Part shown: positions 10,350-21,859 of the stretch, piece after piece
How positions within the stretch are numbered: the first letter of the stretch is position 1
Layout: the number at the start of each line of letters is the position of its first letter
DNA from: an uncultured virus (IMG/VR IMGVR_UViG_3300020050_017898)
Taxonomy: Duplodnaviria; Heunggongvirae; Uroviricota; Caudoviricetes
Direction: 5' to 3' (one strand)
Length of the DNA stretch: 64,000 nucleotides
IMG/VR virus record: IMGVR_UViG_3300020050_017898
Made by a program: the position numbers and the translations under genes
Notes under the pieces: model-generated
The model's database searches: none
Seen by the model: only the letters and a program-made list of their open reading frames with translations
What the model was told of the DNA's origin: nothing

Positions 10350-13118
10350 TTAAAGGTTTCCAATAGATACTCTAATATAGATAAAATTAACCGGATAAAC
10401 AGGCTTAACTCTTACAGAAATATTGTATTGAGTGGGATCTACTGAATCCTGCACAACAACAAGGTCTTTATAAGTTGTAATTAATTCTCTTAAGAAGCTA
10501 TTAAGAACAACAACTGCTCGTGCACTTAATGTTCCAATTAATGTATCATCTTCAGGTTGACCAATAAATCCGTCAAAACTATTACGGAATCTCTTAGCAA
10601 TTGCATCACGAATGAATACAATGGAAGCTTCGCGCTCTTCTACGAATCCACTTTGTGAAGTGGTAAGACCCCATTGAACTAATCCGCCACCCTGGACAGG
10701 CTGAAGTACAGTAACACCAGCAGTTGAAAGAGCTTCTCTGGTACGTTGCGGCAAGAGTTTGCTACGTTGAATAGTGAACCCAGTAAGTGTCTTATTGGTA
10801 AGAGGAATTGCTACTCGGGGTTGGCTAGCAAAGAAACCTGCACCCGCCGCGGCTTGATAGAAACCATCGATAAGAACATTACTACCATTGTTTACTACGA
10901 TTTCATCAGGATAGAAGTACATACAACGGAAAGTATTACCAAATCCGTCAGCTACACTGTAATTAGTAAGATCTTCAATATTGTTAGCTAGAACCTCAGT
11001 AACATTATCTCCTTGAATTCCTTCAAGTAATCCAATATCTTCAACAGCAGCAGGTTTAACACCAGTAAGATTTTCAGGTTTTAGACCCTTAATCGCACCA
11101 ATCATCGCAATACGTTCTTTTTTGTTTCTGATAGTACTCATGGTACGACAGTGAGCAACAGTGTTTTGGAAAATAACTGAGATGGTTTGCTTCGGAAGTG
11201 GAACAACTATGTCACATTCAACAGCTTCTAATGCTTCAAGAGCATTAACCCAACCAGCATCATAGAAATCAGCATCTTTTTCATCAACCACAGTGACTCT
11301 GAGTCCATAACCATTGGGAACAATGTTTTTGTTAACAACCACGAATGAAGAAGTATCGCTGGAATCTTGTACTTCATAACGAAGACCTGATTCAACTACG
11401 AAAGTCTTTGAAATGTTTAGCGTATTAGTACCGCTATTGTAACCAGTGATATCATAATAACCGTTATTAGTAGCAGTTCCAATAATTCTTAATTGTTTAG
11501 AAGTAAGATTTGATACCAGTGAGAAATCATATCCGGAGACGCCAATAGTGCTTTGGAAAGTACCGTTACCAGTACCAACGCCAGCAGTAAGAACGCCGTT
11601 TGTTCCAGTAACTAAAGGAACTGCAATTCCTGTCTGAGGGTCAAACATAGTAAAGGTTATACTTGAACCAGATGTAAAATCAGGGAACGTAGTTACTGAG
11701 AAATAAAGCTTACCATCTGAAACTGAAGTAACAGTAAAACTGCCATTATTAGCTACATTGTTAGCATCAATTACTTTTAGAGTTTTACCAACATAGGTAC
11801 TATCAAAAGCATTGGTGCCAGTAAAGATACCACGCTTAAGGAATGGAAGCTCGCGAGCCATATAGCCATCAAAACCATTATCAACAATTTCATCTTGTTG
11901 AATAACTGAATAGCTGAAACTATATCCACCAGGAGCTACAGTGTCATCAAAGATAAATTGATTAACAGTCGGAAATCCAACCTCCCCTAAACTATTAAAT
12001 TCTAGCTTATTAGGGAGTAATTGCTGCTCAACACTAGTGGTAGGATTTTCTACAAAGAAATGAATGGATTGATCAGGATCAGGAACAACGCCAGCCGGAA
12101 GAGGGAAAATAAAGTCATCATCTAAAGTGGATGTAGCTCTAACACCATCAGAAAGAATAAATGACTGACGACGTGGCATAGCAGGAGCCGCTTGAACGCA
12201 AGTAATTACTGGAGCACCATTTTGAAACGCGAGAGCAGCACCCTGAGAAAGAGTGTTATCAACTGAAGGTAGACCAAATTGGTTAACAACAGTATTCATA
12301 CTGTCAGTTACTAAAGTACCATTAATATTTTCTACTGGAATAAAGCTGGCAGAAAGAGAAGCATAACGACCTAATACCCCGCCTTTAACTTTAATAACAA
12401 ATGCGTCACCTTCACGGAAGGGTGAAACTGAGTTACCACCAGATTGTTCTTCTGAGATAGCAAAAGAAAGAATTCCATTGCTAACAGTATAACCATCAGC
12501 CACCCAAATAACAGGATTGCCAAGAGCATCTACAGGTGAACCAGAAGAGGTTCCAAAAGCCGCAAACTTAGCAGTTTTGTCAACAGGTTGATTACTCATG
12601 TTGCGCTGAACACCAACACAGCGGATAGTCCAGGTTTCAGTGGGGGCATTTGAATCTAAAAGTGTTAGACTATCAACTGTTCCTTTACCAACTGAACTAG
12701 ATGATTTAGTATAAAAAGCTCCACCTTGATCAACTAGATAAGCGGTTTGAAGTTCAATTTGACCAAGTTCGGGGTCGAGCCGAGCATCAAATTTATTTGA
12801 GAAAGGAAGGTTATCAACTGCTCCTTCAAGAACAGATAGTTTCACTCCATTAATAAATAGCTGTGAACGGTTAGAAACCAGAGGGAATCTAGTAAGCTGA
12901 AAGTGTCTGCCATCGGCATCAGCAGAACTGGTATAGTCTTCGTTAACACCATCAGTGCCATTGCCCGCAGCTGAAGAAACAACCGTTTCGCTGGCAAGAC
13001 CTTCACCAATTATTGCGACCATTCTAGTCGGTGAACCCGCAGCAACTCCACGAGATTCGGTTACAACTTCTGAAAATACTCCCGGATTTATGTTGCTTGC
13101 GCCATTGATATTAGCCAT
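10350..13118 (-). CDS. Contractile tail sheath protein
   Basis: 922 aa. N-terminal PGVFSEV; C-terminal sheath domain (PLTNKTLTGF...GVTVL...VQWGLTT...EASIVFIRDAI...YNISVRVKPVYPVNFIYI). Confidence 0.9.
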   Translation of the reverse strand: MANINGASNINPGVFSEVVTESRGVAAGSPTRMVAIIGEGLASETVVSSAAGNGTDGVNEDYTSSADADGRHFQLTRFPLVSNRSQLFINGVKLSVLEGAVDNLPFSNKFDARLDPELGQIELQTAYLVDQGGAFYTKSSSSVGKGTVDSLTLLDSNAPTETWTIRCVGVQRNMSNQPVDKTAKFAAFGTSSGSPVDALGNPVIWVADGYTVSNGILSFAISEEQSGGNSVSPFREGDAFVIKVKGGVLGRYASLSASFIPVENINGTLVTDSMNTVVNQFGLPSVDNTLSQGAALAFQNGAPVITCVQAAPAMPRRQSFILSDGVRATSTLDDDFIFPLPAGVVPDPDQSIHFFVENPTTSVEQQLLPNKLEFNSLGEVGFPTVNQFIFDDTVAPGGYSFSYSVIQQDEIVDNGFDGYMARELPFLKRGIFTGTNAFDSTYVGKTLKVIDANNVANNGSFTVTSVSDGKLYFSVTTFPDFTSGSSITFTMFDPQTGIAVPLVTGTNGVLTAGVGTGNGTFQSTIGVSGYDFSLVSNLTSKQLRIIGTATNNGYYDITGYNSGTNTLNISKTFVVESGLRYEVQDSSDTSSFVVVNKNIVPNGYGLRVTVVDEKDADFYDAGWVNALEALEAVECDIVVPLPKQTISVIFQNTVAHCRTMSTIRNKKERIAMIGAIKGLKPENLTGVKPAAVEDIGLLEGIQGDNVTEVLANNIEDLTNYSVADGFGNTFRCMYFYPDEIVVNNGSNVLIDGFYQAAAGAGFFASQPRVAIPLTNKTLTGFTIQRSKLLPQRTREALSTAGVTVLQPVQGGGLVQWGLTTSQSGFVEEREASIVFIRDAIAKRFRNSFDGFIGQPEDDTLIGTLSARAVVVLNSFLRELITTYKDLVVVQDSVDPTQYNISVRVKPVYPVNFIYIRVSIGNL

Positions 13119-13217
13119 ATACTATCCTTTAGATTAATGCACTAAATATATGCACTATTATTATAAACTAAAACTTTCTTTAAAAGAATTGCTTTTTATT
13201 AGTTAAAAAACTAACTC

Positions 13218-14027
13218 TCATTTTTTATTATTTTGCTCACCTGAATTTAGTAGTAAATCTAAATAAGAAACTTCTGAATGTATTGTTAAATTAGGAGATG
13301 TAGGCACCGAACTATCAATATTACCTATTGTTACATTAAAAAGAATTCTTTCAATATAATTATCAATTGGTATTTCTCTTTTCCATTCTGTACGAATATC
13401 TAAAGTTACAGTTACTTTATAAAATTTATTATTTCTATCATCGCCTTCTGATGGTGATGATATGCTAACGCCTTTTACAACTAAGCCAGCATGTTTATAA
13501 TCACTAAATCTAATATCAACAAAAAACATATATATTAATTCAGCTAAATCATCTCTGGTGCGTAATGATCTTGTTGTAATTTCTATATTAATAGTTCCTT
13601 CATTTATACCTTCAAATCTAAATGCTTTAGGAATTCTAATAGTCTTTGTATTACCATATCCATCTTCATAAATTCTATTTTCAGATACATAACTTCCCCA
13701 CTCTCTATTCATAGAGATAGGTACTGATCTCATTCCACCATTTTTTACTATAACTGAAGGAAAAAATTGAATATCTTGACGAAAAGCTTCTCCAATAAAA
13801 ATTCTTGTAGTAACATCATCACCAATGCCAGAACCTAATGGCAAGTCAGTATGATCAACAGTTTTTGGATATCCCCATTCGTCAGCTACATAATGATAAA
13901 ATGAATCTTTAGCAAAAAAATCACGCAACCCAGCAATAACCAATTCTTTGGGAAGAATAATCATAGATGTTTGTAACATCCCAAAGATTCGATATAAATC
14001 TGTATCGTACCAATTACCCGTTGCCAT
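13218..14027 (-). CDS. Tail terminator/completion protein (putative)
   Basis: 269 aa just upstream of the sheath. FPSVIV...GTINIEITTRSLRTRDDLAE pattern resembles tail terminator proteins. Confidence 0.55.
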   Translation of the reverse strand: MATGNWYDTDLYRIFGMLQTSMIILPKELVIAGLRDFFAKDSFYHYVADEWGYPKTVDHTDLPLGSGIGDDVTTRIFIGEAFRQDIQFFPSVIVKNGGMRSVPISMNREWGSYVSENRIYEDGYGNTKTIRIPKAFRFEGINEGTINIEITTRSLRTRDDLAELIYMFFVDIRFSDYKHAGLVVKGVSISSPSEGDDRNNKFYKVTVTLDIRTEWKREIPIDNYIERILFNVTIGNIDSSVPTSPNLTIHSEVSYLDLLLNSGEQNNKK

Positions 14028-17000
14028 TAAGTTACAGCTCCATGAACATATTCAATTACTATTGGTGAGAAAATTATTTCTGCATTAGTAGCAACTGATC
14101 TAGTAATTGCCATTTTAATTTGTAAATAAACAACTTGTGATTTAAAATGATTACTACAAAATCTAGTTACTGTTCCATCAGTTATTTCCATATAAGTAGA
14201 AGTAGGAATTAAACGGTTTGAGTTTAAATTAGTAATATTCATCGTAGCTGTCAAGATATTATCACTGACAAGCGTAGTATCCGCACCACCCACTGCTCTG
14301 GCATTAACATCAGTAAAATCATTAATATTTCCAGCCAGATGATTAGGAGTATATAACGACATCGACATCGTCGAAACAGGATCGAGAGTTGGTCCAACAG
14401 CTCCAGCAGAGGTTCTTAAGATAGCTCCAAGCTTCACATTTTTGATGATTACACCAGGTGGTAATTTATCAGAAAGATTAATTATTCCACTAAATACATC
14501 AGTTGCTGTAGCATTGAGTACAAATCCTTTAGTAAAGGTACTTCTATCATTAGGAACATCTAAGCGTCTAATTAATTTATTAGATGTAGTATCATCTACG
14601 AGTGTAGAGTTAAGTTCTCTTAGAGAGATAACTGCATAATTTTGTTGACCAACGTTAGCCGCTACAACACGAGGAGTATTGCCAAAATATCCTGGTATCA
14701 TAAATGAACTACCTTGATCATGTATAGTGTTATTTTTATAACTGACAATTCCGCCAGTTGAGGCTCCATCAGTGAATAAATCAGTGCCTAGCAAACTACC
14801 TAATTGAATGGTATTATTTTCTACACTTCCACCATAAACATAGTTACCAAAATCGACTGTAAAATTAGTATTTTCAAAACTATTATTACTCATCGTAACA
14901 TATTTATCAATATTGAACAAACCAGAATACAATCCAACCACAGTATTACCTTTAACAAATAATCTGCCAAATTTAAGCGGTGGAGTTGGAGATGGATTAT
15001 AGGTGCTATTTTTATGAGTTATTTTAATAGGGTAGTTATTAGTAGTATTATATCGATAATAATAAATATTACCATTATACTTATCTAAGATTAAAGAATT
15101 TTTATATTCAAAAGTATTATTTTCTATCTTGCTTTTCATATCTATGTTGCTTGATACAGCAGTAGATAACCAAGATAAAGTGTTATTATGAATAGAATAA
15201 TCCATAATGAAATCATTTAAACCATAATGGATTGTATTATTAGCCCACAGCGGAACTGAAGGACTAGTTGATTCTAGCGGACTATCAAAGCCATTGGTAT
15301 CACTAATATGAATGTAATCAATATTATTATTTGAAATAACAATATTTGATCCTGGTGTATCAGAGGATCCTGATTTTTGCCAACCAAAAATTCCCAAACG
15401 TTGACAAAAATTGTTTTTAATTTCACAGTTATTAAAAACAAATGATTTTTGATGGGTGATACCAGCAATTACAATTGATTTACTATTGACTGGCGAATCA
15501 GCAAATGCATTTCCAGTAACATATGCTTTATTGTTTTCTATTGTGAGATTATTTAATATAAATGGAAATGCATTTGGGGCTGTACCATTAAAATAAATAT
15601 TAGTTTCGCCACTGATTGATTTATTAACTATTGCAATCATTGCATTAGTTGTCTCAAATACATCATAAAACTTATTATTACTAATGTTTAAATTTTCAAT
15701 AACCAGGGCAGCATCACTATTGAAACTATCAACAGATCTAAAAACTTCAATTAAAATTTTTGGACATTGATTTGTAGTTGCGGTAATAAATTTATTATTT
15801 GTAATATTTATATTACTTGATTTATTGGCATTGACTCCGGATCCATAATTATCATACCAATATATTTCACCATCAATAGCTTTCAATATATCAGTAATAT
15901 CACTGGGATAGTTAGCAACACCTACTGTATAGTCATGCGAAGTATTAAGTGTACAACCATCAATAGTAATATTGCTATTATTTACATCTGAAGCAATAGC
16001 ATGTGTATATTCACCATTAAATTTACAATCTTTTACTATCACAGATCCGCCACTAGTGGTATCACTTATCATTAATAATGATGGTCCAAACCCAGCCTCT
16101 GATATTGTGCCAGCCGCCGTGAATCTACAATTTTCAAAAGAAATCGTACCATCACCATCTACTTCAGAAATTATGTGATGAATTTCTTTTAGTCGTGGAT
16201 TTGAATAAATAGATGCTGAAGCTTTATTGATAAAGAATGTACACTCAGAGTAGCTAACACTCCCACTAGAATTTATTGGATAGTTAGCATAAAAAGTACC
16301 AAATTCAGATGAATAATTACTAAACGTAACATTTTCATACCTAGAGTTACCTTTGGCACGGAAACTAGTAGCATAACTACCACTATTAAACATTTTTACT
16401 TTACAATTCTTTAAAATTAAATTAGTTGGTAAAAATGCTTCTTGAGATACACCAGCAATAATAAAAGTAGTTGTGTTATTTCCATCAATAACAGTTGGTG
16501 TGGCAAAACTATCATCCACATACCAACATGATAAGAATTCAGTAGTATTTCTAACATGTAGCTCTGTACTAATGCCAGTTTGATCACCTGCTCCAGAATT
16601 TAATAAAGCATAGTTTATCATTGACTGAACTGTTTTAAAATTATATCCAGTACCAGATCCATCAACAGTAGCAAAACCAGTTGAATCAGTATCATGCACA
16701 TATCTACGAATATCTACTGGATAAAATTCTGTTACAAAATTCGTTATTTTAATTGCGTAAAGAACTAATTGACTTTTATTTGCTCTTAATTCTGATAAAG
16801 TAGCATTATTAATTTTATAAGTGGTACTATCAAGAATTGAATCTACTTCTAAAGAAGTATCAGTTACTATATCTTTCTTTAAGAAAAATTCATAATCACC
16901 ATTTTCATTTAAAGTTAAATATAGTATTGCAAATATATCACCAGTATTAGTGATCTGCGGAACATACACAGCTTCATAATTTTTTAGTACAACTTTACCA

Positions 17001-19972
17001 TTAATAATGGCTGATCCACCATTCATTAAAAGCTTATTACTGAGAACTGGTGCACCCATAAAGTAATTACTTTCAGTGAAATAATTAGTTTCTATTAATT
17101 CCTGAGTACTATCTAAATTATTTATATCAAAACCATTAATGACACCATTAGTAGTGGATACTGCTGGCACTGCAGCAATATAATTTAAACTTTCAGTAGA
17201 TAGGTCTTTAACTCCAACGTTACCAAAATTTCTTAAATCTTTAGTAACTTTTAAAGTTTTACTAATATTAAAAATTGGTACCCAAACTCCTGCCAATGCC
17301 ATAAAACTAGAATTACCTTGTTGAGATGGAAACAATTGTATATCAACAACGCCAGAAGTTAAAGTTGGGGCATCCTTGGCAATAGTAAATTCTATATAAT
17401 CATTACCAGAAACATCAAATACTTTTAATGGCTCATTACATTTACCAATAGTAGTATTTCCAGATTTTGTTTGTGTTCTATTAGAAATAAATGCACTAAC
17501 TACTCCAGTAAGAGAATTATAAGTATAATTTAATCTTATATAAGGTTTAGTAGCATCACCAAAGCCCTTTAACTTTGGTGAAATATTATTGATCACATAA
17601 TAAGTACTAGTTCCGAGATTATTGGTCCATTGTTGATCTTCAAAAATTTGAGTACTATCAAATAATCTTAGTCTTTCATTACTGAAAGTTCTTCCCTGAT
17701 CATCAACCAAGATTTCAAACCATCTAAAAAAATCATCGACAGATGGAATTAAGTCAGAAATATGTTCATTGTTAAATGAAACAGTATCATTACTAAAATA
17801 TAATAACACCTCATCATTTACTGATATCCCTAGAAAAGCGCTAGATCCACTTGTTCCATTATTAGAGTGAACCGCATCTACTACCTGAATATCCGTATAA
17901 ACGCCTTCAGCACAACTACAGTCATAATATGAAACTCCAGAAATAATAAATCTACCAAATGATTTATTATCACCAGCAGTTTTCTTTTGGATAACAACTG
18001 ATTTACCTACTTTTAGTCCGCTAGCTGATAGATTTTTTTCTACTCTATAGGTAACAGAGGATCTTCCACCAGTATTAATAACTGATTCAAATTTAGCTAG
18101 CCAGTATCCATCACCGTTACTATCAATAGCTTGATCGATATCTTTAGCCAAATCATCAAATTCATTACCACCAACATAATAATTATTTTTACGTAAAGGT
18201 TTAAATAATTTTGTAGGCAATCCTGCCGATTCAACAGTGTAGTAAGTTGAATTATATACTGGAGAAGCATGATTACTACCGGCTGGTCCTAAACCAAGTG
18301 GATCTTTTCCTTCAATATCAAAATAAGTAAATACATCAATAACGTTATTTGGATATGTTGATTGACTTACATCTTGTTCATAATTGCCAACATCATCACC
18401 TGTAAGATCTTGTGATCTTATACCTCCAATGATAGAAAAACTTGCTCCATTAATTGGATCAAGAGCTAAACCGAATTCACCTTTATAACTAAAAGCTGAC
18501 ATTCGTAAATTAAAACCAATTTTTCTAAAGGCTTCATTTGTAGTAGTAACTATTGTTTCTAAATTATAAGCGCCAGGGGTGGTCCCACCATTGCCAGTAA
18601 CATCAATTACTGATAATTGATAACCATCAGTCACATTACCATTAGGATATAAAGCTAAATATAAATTATAATGAGCATTATCAAATTGACTGGCATCAAA
18701 ACCAATGCCAGTAACCATAGCACTCTTAGGATTGATAACTGTTAGTCCACGGCAATCTAATCCGTAATTAGTGTAAGCAGCTGTTACTGCCATTACACCA
18801 AATTTTTCGCTGTTGTCTAGTTTTTTAGTAATTCTAACTGAACAATTGTTATTGTATTCAATATTTTTACCAAATATTCTAATAGAATATGTCTTATATC
18901 CATCGGAGTCATACTTAATTTCTTTAATAGAATAAGCAGTTTCAATGTTAGTGTAAGTAACATGAATAATATCACCAGGTTTAACTGATCTAAATAAAGC
19001 ATCAAAAGTGTGATTCAGTCTTTGACTATTAGTAGGATTTAAACTAATAACATCATCGCCAGTATCAATGCTATCAATTGGCATACTTCCTAAACCATTT
19101 GTTCTTAAATAAGCAACGGCAGGAGTCGTAGGAACTATTTCTTCACCTTCAGTAAATGAAGATAATCTGGTAGCCTGACTAAGTTTACTAACGCCATTAG
19201 AATAAAAATTCTTTATTCTGCCACCAAAAGTTAAGAGTGAAGAATTATCTAAAAACTCTAATAGATCCTGAAGTCGAGGAATAGATCCAAAGGCATTAAA
19301 TTTAGAAGTATCTACATAAATTGCGCCAGCTGTATGGGCGTATTGGCTAGGATAAACCTGGCTATTAGTAGTGGTAATATTGGGTAAAGCTGAGCCTAAT
19401 CCGTCTTTCTTTTGATGATTAATATAATCACTATTAAGATCATTTAAAGAAGTAAATGCACTAGTACTTAAACGATTGGTACCAAAAACATTCTTGAAAA
19501 ATTCTAAATTATCATCAGATACATCAATATCTTTTAGATTATGTTTAAAAGCTGTACCATTAATATGATTAAGGATAGCAGTACCATTAGTTGATATCCA
19601 AGTAGATAAAGAGTCTAAATCAACATCTAGGGCTTCGATCGCATCATTAAGATCAGTCGTAGTAAAATTAAGAGCCAGTTTTGATTCAGCAATGGCTGCT
19701 GATCCAGATATCTGAGAGTTAGTAATAGGTAGAGTAACTAAACCAACAGTATTCAATACACTGGTTTTAGGACTTCCGTCTGCATTTAAAAGATAATCAA
19801 GGCGCTCAGCTAGATCATCACATGATCCTTGGACATTAATACCCAAAGTTGTTTCAATGGCAATGATAGCTTCTTTTTGAGCGTTGATTGCTTCACCACC
19901 AATTTCTGTGATATTATCAAATACAGTGGGAAGAGTTAGGTCATCATCTAATGAAGATGGAAAATTTGTCAT
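14027..19972 (-). CDS. Very large virion fibre/appendage protein with a probable right-handed beta-helix region
   Basis: 1981 aa. N-terminal attachment-like segment (FPSSLD...INAQKEAIIAIETTLG). Asn-rich repeats such as INITNNKF, LNISNNKF, LTIENNK, IVISNNNI in the C-terminal third suggest a pectin-lyase-like fold. Confidence 0.6.
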   Translation of the reverse strand: MTNFPSSLDDDLTLPTVFDNITEIGGEAINAQKEAIIAIETTLGINVQGSCDDLAERLDYLLNADGSPKTSVLNTVGLVTLPITNSQISGSAAIAESKLALNFTTTDLNDAIEALDVDLDSLSTWISTNGTAILNHINGTAFKHNLKDIDVSDDNLEFFKNVFGTNRLSTSAFTSLNDLNSDYINHQKKDGLGSALPNITTTNSQVYPSQYAHTAGAIYVDTSKFNAFGSIPRLQDLLEFLDNSSLLTFGGRIKNFYSNGVSKLSQATRLSSFTEGEEIVPTTPAVAYLRTNGLGSMPIDSIDTGDDVISLNPTNSQRLNHTFDALFRSVKPGDIIHVTYTNIETAYSIKEIKYDSDGYKTYSIRIFGKNIEYNNNCSVRITKKLDNSEKFGVMAVTAAYTNYGLDCRGLTVINPKSAMVTGIGFDASQFDNAHYNLYLALYPNGNVTDGYQLSVIDVTGNGGTTPGAYNLETIVTTTNEAFRKIGFNLRMSAFSYKGEFGLALDPINGASFSIIGGIRSQDLTGDDVGNYEQDVSQSTYPNNVIDVFTYFDIEGKDPLGLGPAGSNHASPVYNSTYYTVESAGLPTKLFKPLRKNNYYVGGNEFDDLAKDIDQAIDSNGDGYWLAKFESVINTGGRSSVTYRVEKNLSASGLKVGKSVVIQKKTAGDNKSFGRFIISGVSYYDCSCAEGVYTDIQVVDAVHSNNGTSGSSAFLGISVNDEVLLYFSNDTVSFNNEHISDLIPSVDDFFRWFEILVDDQGRTFSNERLRLFDSTQIFEDQQWTNNLGTSTYYVINNISPKLKGFGDATKPYIRLNYTYNSLTGVVSAFISNRTQTKSGNTTIGKCNEPLKVFDVSGNDYIEFTIAKDAPTLTSGVVDIQLFPSQQGNSSFMALAGVWVPIFNISKTLKVTKDLRNFGNVGVKDLSTESLNYIAAVPAVSTTNGVINGFDINNLDSTQELIETNYFTESNYFMGAPVLSNKLLMNGGSAIINGKVVLKNYEAVYVPQITNTGDIFAILYLTLNENGDYEFFLKKDIVTDTSLEVDSILDSTTYKINNATLSELRANKSQLVLYAIKITNFVTEFYPVDIRRYVHDTDSTGFATVDGSGTGYNFKTVQSMINYALLNSGAGDQTGISTELHVRNTTEFLSCWYVDDSFATPTVIDGNNTTTFIIAGVSQEAFLPTNLILKNCKVKMFNSGSYATSFRAKGNSRYENVTFSNYSSEFGTFYANYPINSSGSVSYSECTFFINKASASIYSNPRLKEIHHIISEVDGDGTISFENCRFTAAGTISEAGFGPSLLMISDTTSGGSVIVKDCKFNGEYTHAIASDVNNSNITIDGCTLNTSHDYTVGVANYPSDITDILKAIDGEIYWYDNYGSGVNANKSSNINITNNKFITATTNQCPKILIEVFRSVDSFNSDAALVIENLNISNNKFYDVFETTNAMIAIVNKSISGETNIYFNGTAPNAFPFILNNLTIENNKAYVTGNAFADSPVNSKSIVIAGITHQKSFVFNNCEIKNNFCQRLGIFGWQKSGSSDTPGSNIVISNNNIDYIHISDTNGFDSPLESTSPSVPLWANNTIHYGLNDFIMDYSIHNNTLSWLSTAVSSNIDMKSKIENNTFEYKNSLILDKYNGNIYYYRYNTTNNYPIKITHKNSTYNPSPTPPLKFGRLFVKGNTVVGLYSGLFNIDKYVTMSNNSFENTNFTVDFGNYVYGGSVENNTIQLGSLLGTDLFTDGASTGGIVSYKNNTIHDQGSSFMIPGYFGNTPRVVAANVGQQNYAVISLRELNSTLVDDTTSNKLIRRLDVPNDRSTFTKGFVLNATATDVFSGIINLSDKLPPGVIIKNVKLGAILRTSAGAVGPTLDPVSTMSMSLYTPNHLAGNINDFTDVNARAVGGADTTLVSDNILTATMNITNLNSNRLIPTSTYMEITDGTVTRFCSNHFKSQVVYLQIKMAITRSVATNAEIIFSPIVIEYVHGAVT

Positions 19973-20005
19973 AATGTTCCTTTATTCTTTATATATATAA
20001 GATGT

Positions 20006-20500
20006 TTAGCTCAATTGAGGAGGAACCACATCTTTTTTATTATCACTAACAGGTACATCGACTGTGGTAGTATCAGTTGGTAATGATTCTATTTTAACTT
20101 CTGCCTTAATAATAGTGTCATTAGTTTTATGATCAAATTCTTCTTCAGTTATACCAGAACGAGCTAGAATAAATTTTTTAATCATTCGATAAATTACGCC
20201 AGAAAACATACCAGCCACTAAACCAAATAACATCCTGGAAGATGCTTCGTTTATACTGGTAGGATAAGGAAAAGTTTTGATTAGATATCCAAATAATCCG
20301 CCAATTATGATAGGAAGAATAGGAAGGAAAACATCTCTCCAGAATAAAGACTTTTTATCTAGAGGTACGTTGGGGTTAGAAATGATAAAAAATTCTATCA
20401 CTTTCTTAAAAACAAATGTAATAGCAGAAATAGCCAATGCTAGCAAACCAAATTGCCAGAACATTGATAATATATTAATAGATTCTGTAGTAAATTCCAT
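20006..20500 (-). CDS. Membrane protein with about 3 TM helices (holin-like)
   Basis: Three hydrophobic stretches and a charged C-terminal tail; AGGAG RBS. Confidence 0.5.
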   Translation of the reverse strand: MEFTTESINILSMFWQFGLLALAISAITFVFKKVIEFFIISNPNVPLDKKSLFWRDVFLPILPIIIGGLFGYLIKTFPYPTSINEASSRMLFGLVAGMFSGVIYRMIKKFILARSGITEEEFDHKTNDTIIKAEVKIESLPTDTTTVDVPVSDNKKDVVPPQLS

Positions 20501-20551
20501 GATTATCTCCTATTAATATATTAGAAATTTATATCAAAGCAAAAGATATGT

Positions 20552-21850
20552 TTAATATTGCATTATCTCTATTTTATAGTGGGTACGACATTGCTGGCTA
20601 GCATGAGCTGCGGAGGTTACTCTAATATTGGTTCCTGTAAGAGTAATCGTTGGATTAGTAATATTAGCTCCTGAATCAAATAACACTACTGTTGTGCCAA
20701 CTTGCGATAAAGTTGGTCCAGTTAATACTTTAAATGTTGCTACTAATTCAGTAGATCTAGCATCTACACCAGTACTATTAGCTATAGCAGTAGCTAATAC
20801 TCTTACTGAGATCATTCTAGGAAAAGTATTAGAAAATATAGCAGTATTATTAATAGAATAAGTTCTAATATCTGTTACTGTATTAATAGCTTGTAAAGCA
20901 GTAAATCTTTCTTTATAAACTGATCCGCTATTATTATCAGCAACATCTCGCCAAATTTCAGGATTTTCAGGGTTACCTACCCAATAGTTTTTTGTACTAA
21001 GATAGTTTCGATATTTAAGTAATCCATCGGTCGCATAAAGAACAGACCCAGCACTAGTTGATCCAGATGGCTCTGTTGCAGTAGTTCCAATTAGATTAAC
21101 GCAATCACCTAAACTATTAAAACCTGCGGAAGCACTGGTGCTTGCTGCTGTTCCACCTAAAACATTTATTTTTGTATTAGCATTGCTACCACTAAGCAAC
21201 TGAACACTATTATTGTTTAACCTAATAGATCCCCTAAAGCCATTAGTTGTATTTACACCAGGATTAATAATAATATCACCACCAATGGACGTATTACTAG
21301 CGTGAACAATACTTTTACCAATAATTTGCATAGTTAAGCTGTTAGGTGTGGTAGCTTGATTATGATTATTATTATTAATATTTAAAGCAAAATCGCCTAT
21401 ATAAAGTAAATTTTTACCAATATTCACATTTCCGGCGCCCAGTTGTCCACCAATACTATTAACTCTCATTACATTACTAACATAGCCAATATCACCAGTT
21501 ACTGGTGTAAGACCATTGATCCAAGAGGTTCCGTTATAAACCCAAGTATGATTAGTAAGTAATGAATTTTCTATTAATGTTCTTCCTAACAAGCCAACAA
21601 CATATGGGTTATCATAGGTTCCACCCAAGTCAGTTGTTAATTGAACTTTACCAGGAGTTATACCAGTGGCAAATGGTGAAAGGTTATTGTTAATTACTGT
21701 ATTTAAACCTTCTAAAGCAGTAGAAACAGTATCATGATTATATCCATCAACTGTAGTTAAATTTGCAGTAATGTTGGTTGCATCATGAGCGCCATTAGCA
21801 TTTTTGTGATTATTAAGATCTTGAACTGAAACAGCAAATCTACCAGCCAT
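20552..21850 (-). CDS. Virion fibre-like protein
   Basis: 432 aa, Gly/Asn/Thr-rich. GKVQLTTDLGGT...PYVVGL resembles the repeat unit of the 746-aa fibre. Confidence 0.5.
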   Translation of the reverse strand: MAGRFAVSVQDLNNHKNANGAHDATNITANLTTVDGYNHDTVSTALEGLNTVINNNLSPFATGITPGKVQLTTDLGGTYDNPYVVGLLGRTLIENSLLTNHTWVYNGTSWINGLTPVTGDIGYVSNVMRVNSIGGQLGAGNVNIGKNLLYIGDFALNINNNNHNQATTPNSLTMQIIGKSIVHASNTSIGGDIIINPGVNTTNGFRGSIRLNNNSVQLLSGSNANTKINVLGGTAASTSASAGFNSLGDCVNLIGTTATEPSGSTSAGSVLYATDGLLKYRNYLSTKNYWVGNPENPEIWRDVADNNSGSVYKERFTALQAINTVTDIRTYSINNTAIFSNTFPRMISVRVLATAIANSTGVDARSTELVATFKVLTGPTLSQVGTTVVLFDSGANITNPTITLTGTNIRVTSAAHASQQCRTHYKIEIMQY

Positions 21851-21859
21851 GTTAATTCC

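Noticed and set aside
601..13118. Extracellular contractile injection system or tailocin
   Set aside because: Capsid, prohead protease, neck and decoration-like genes are in the same window, so this is a complete phage morphogenesis region.
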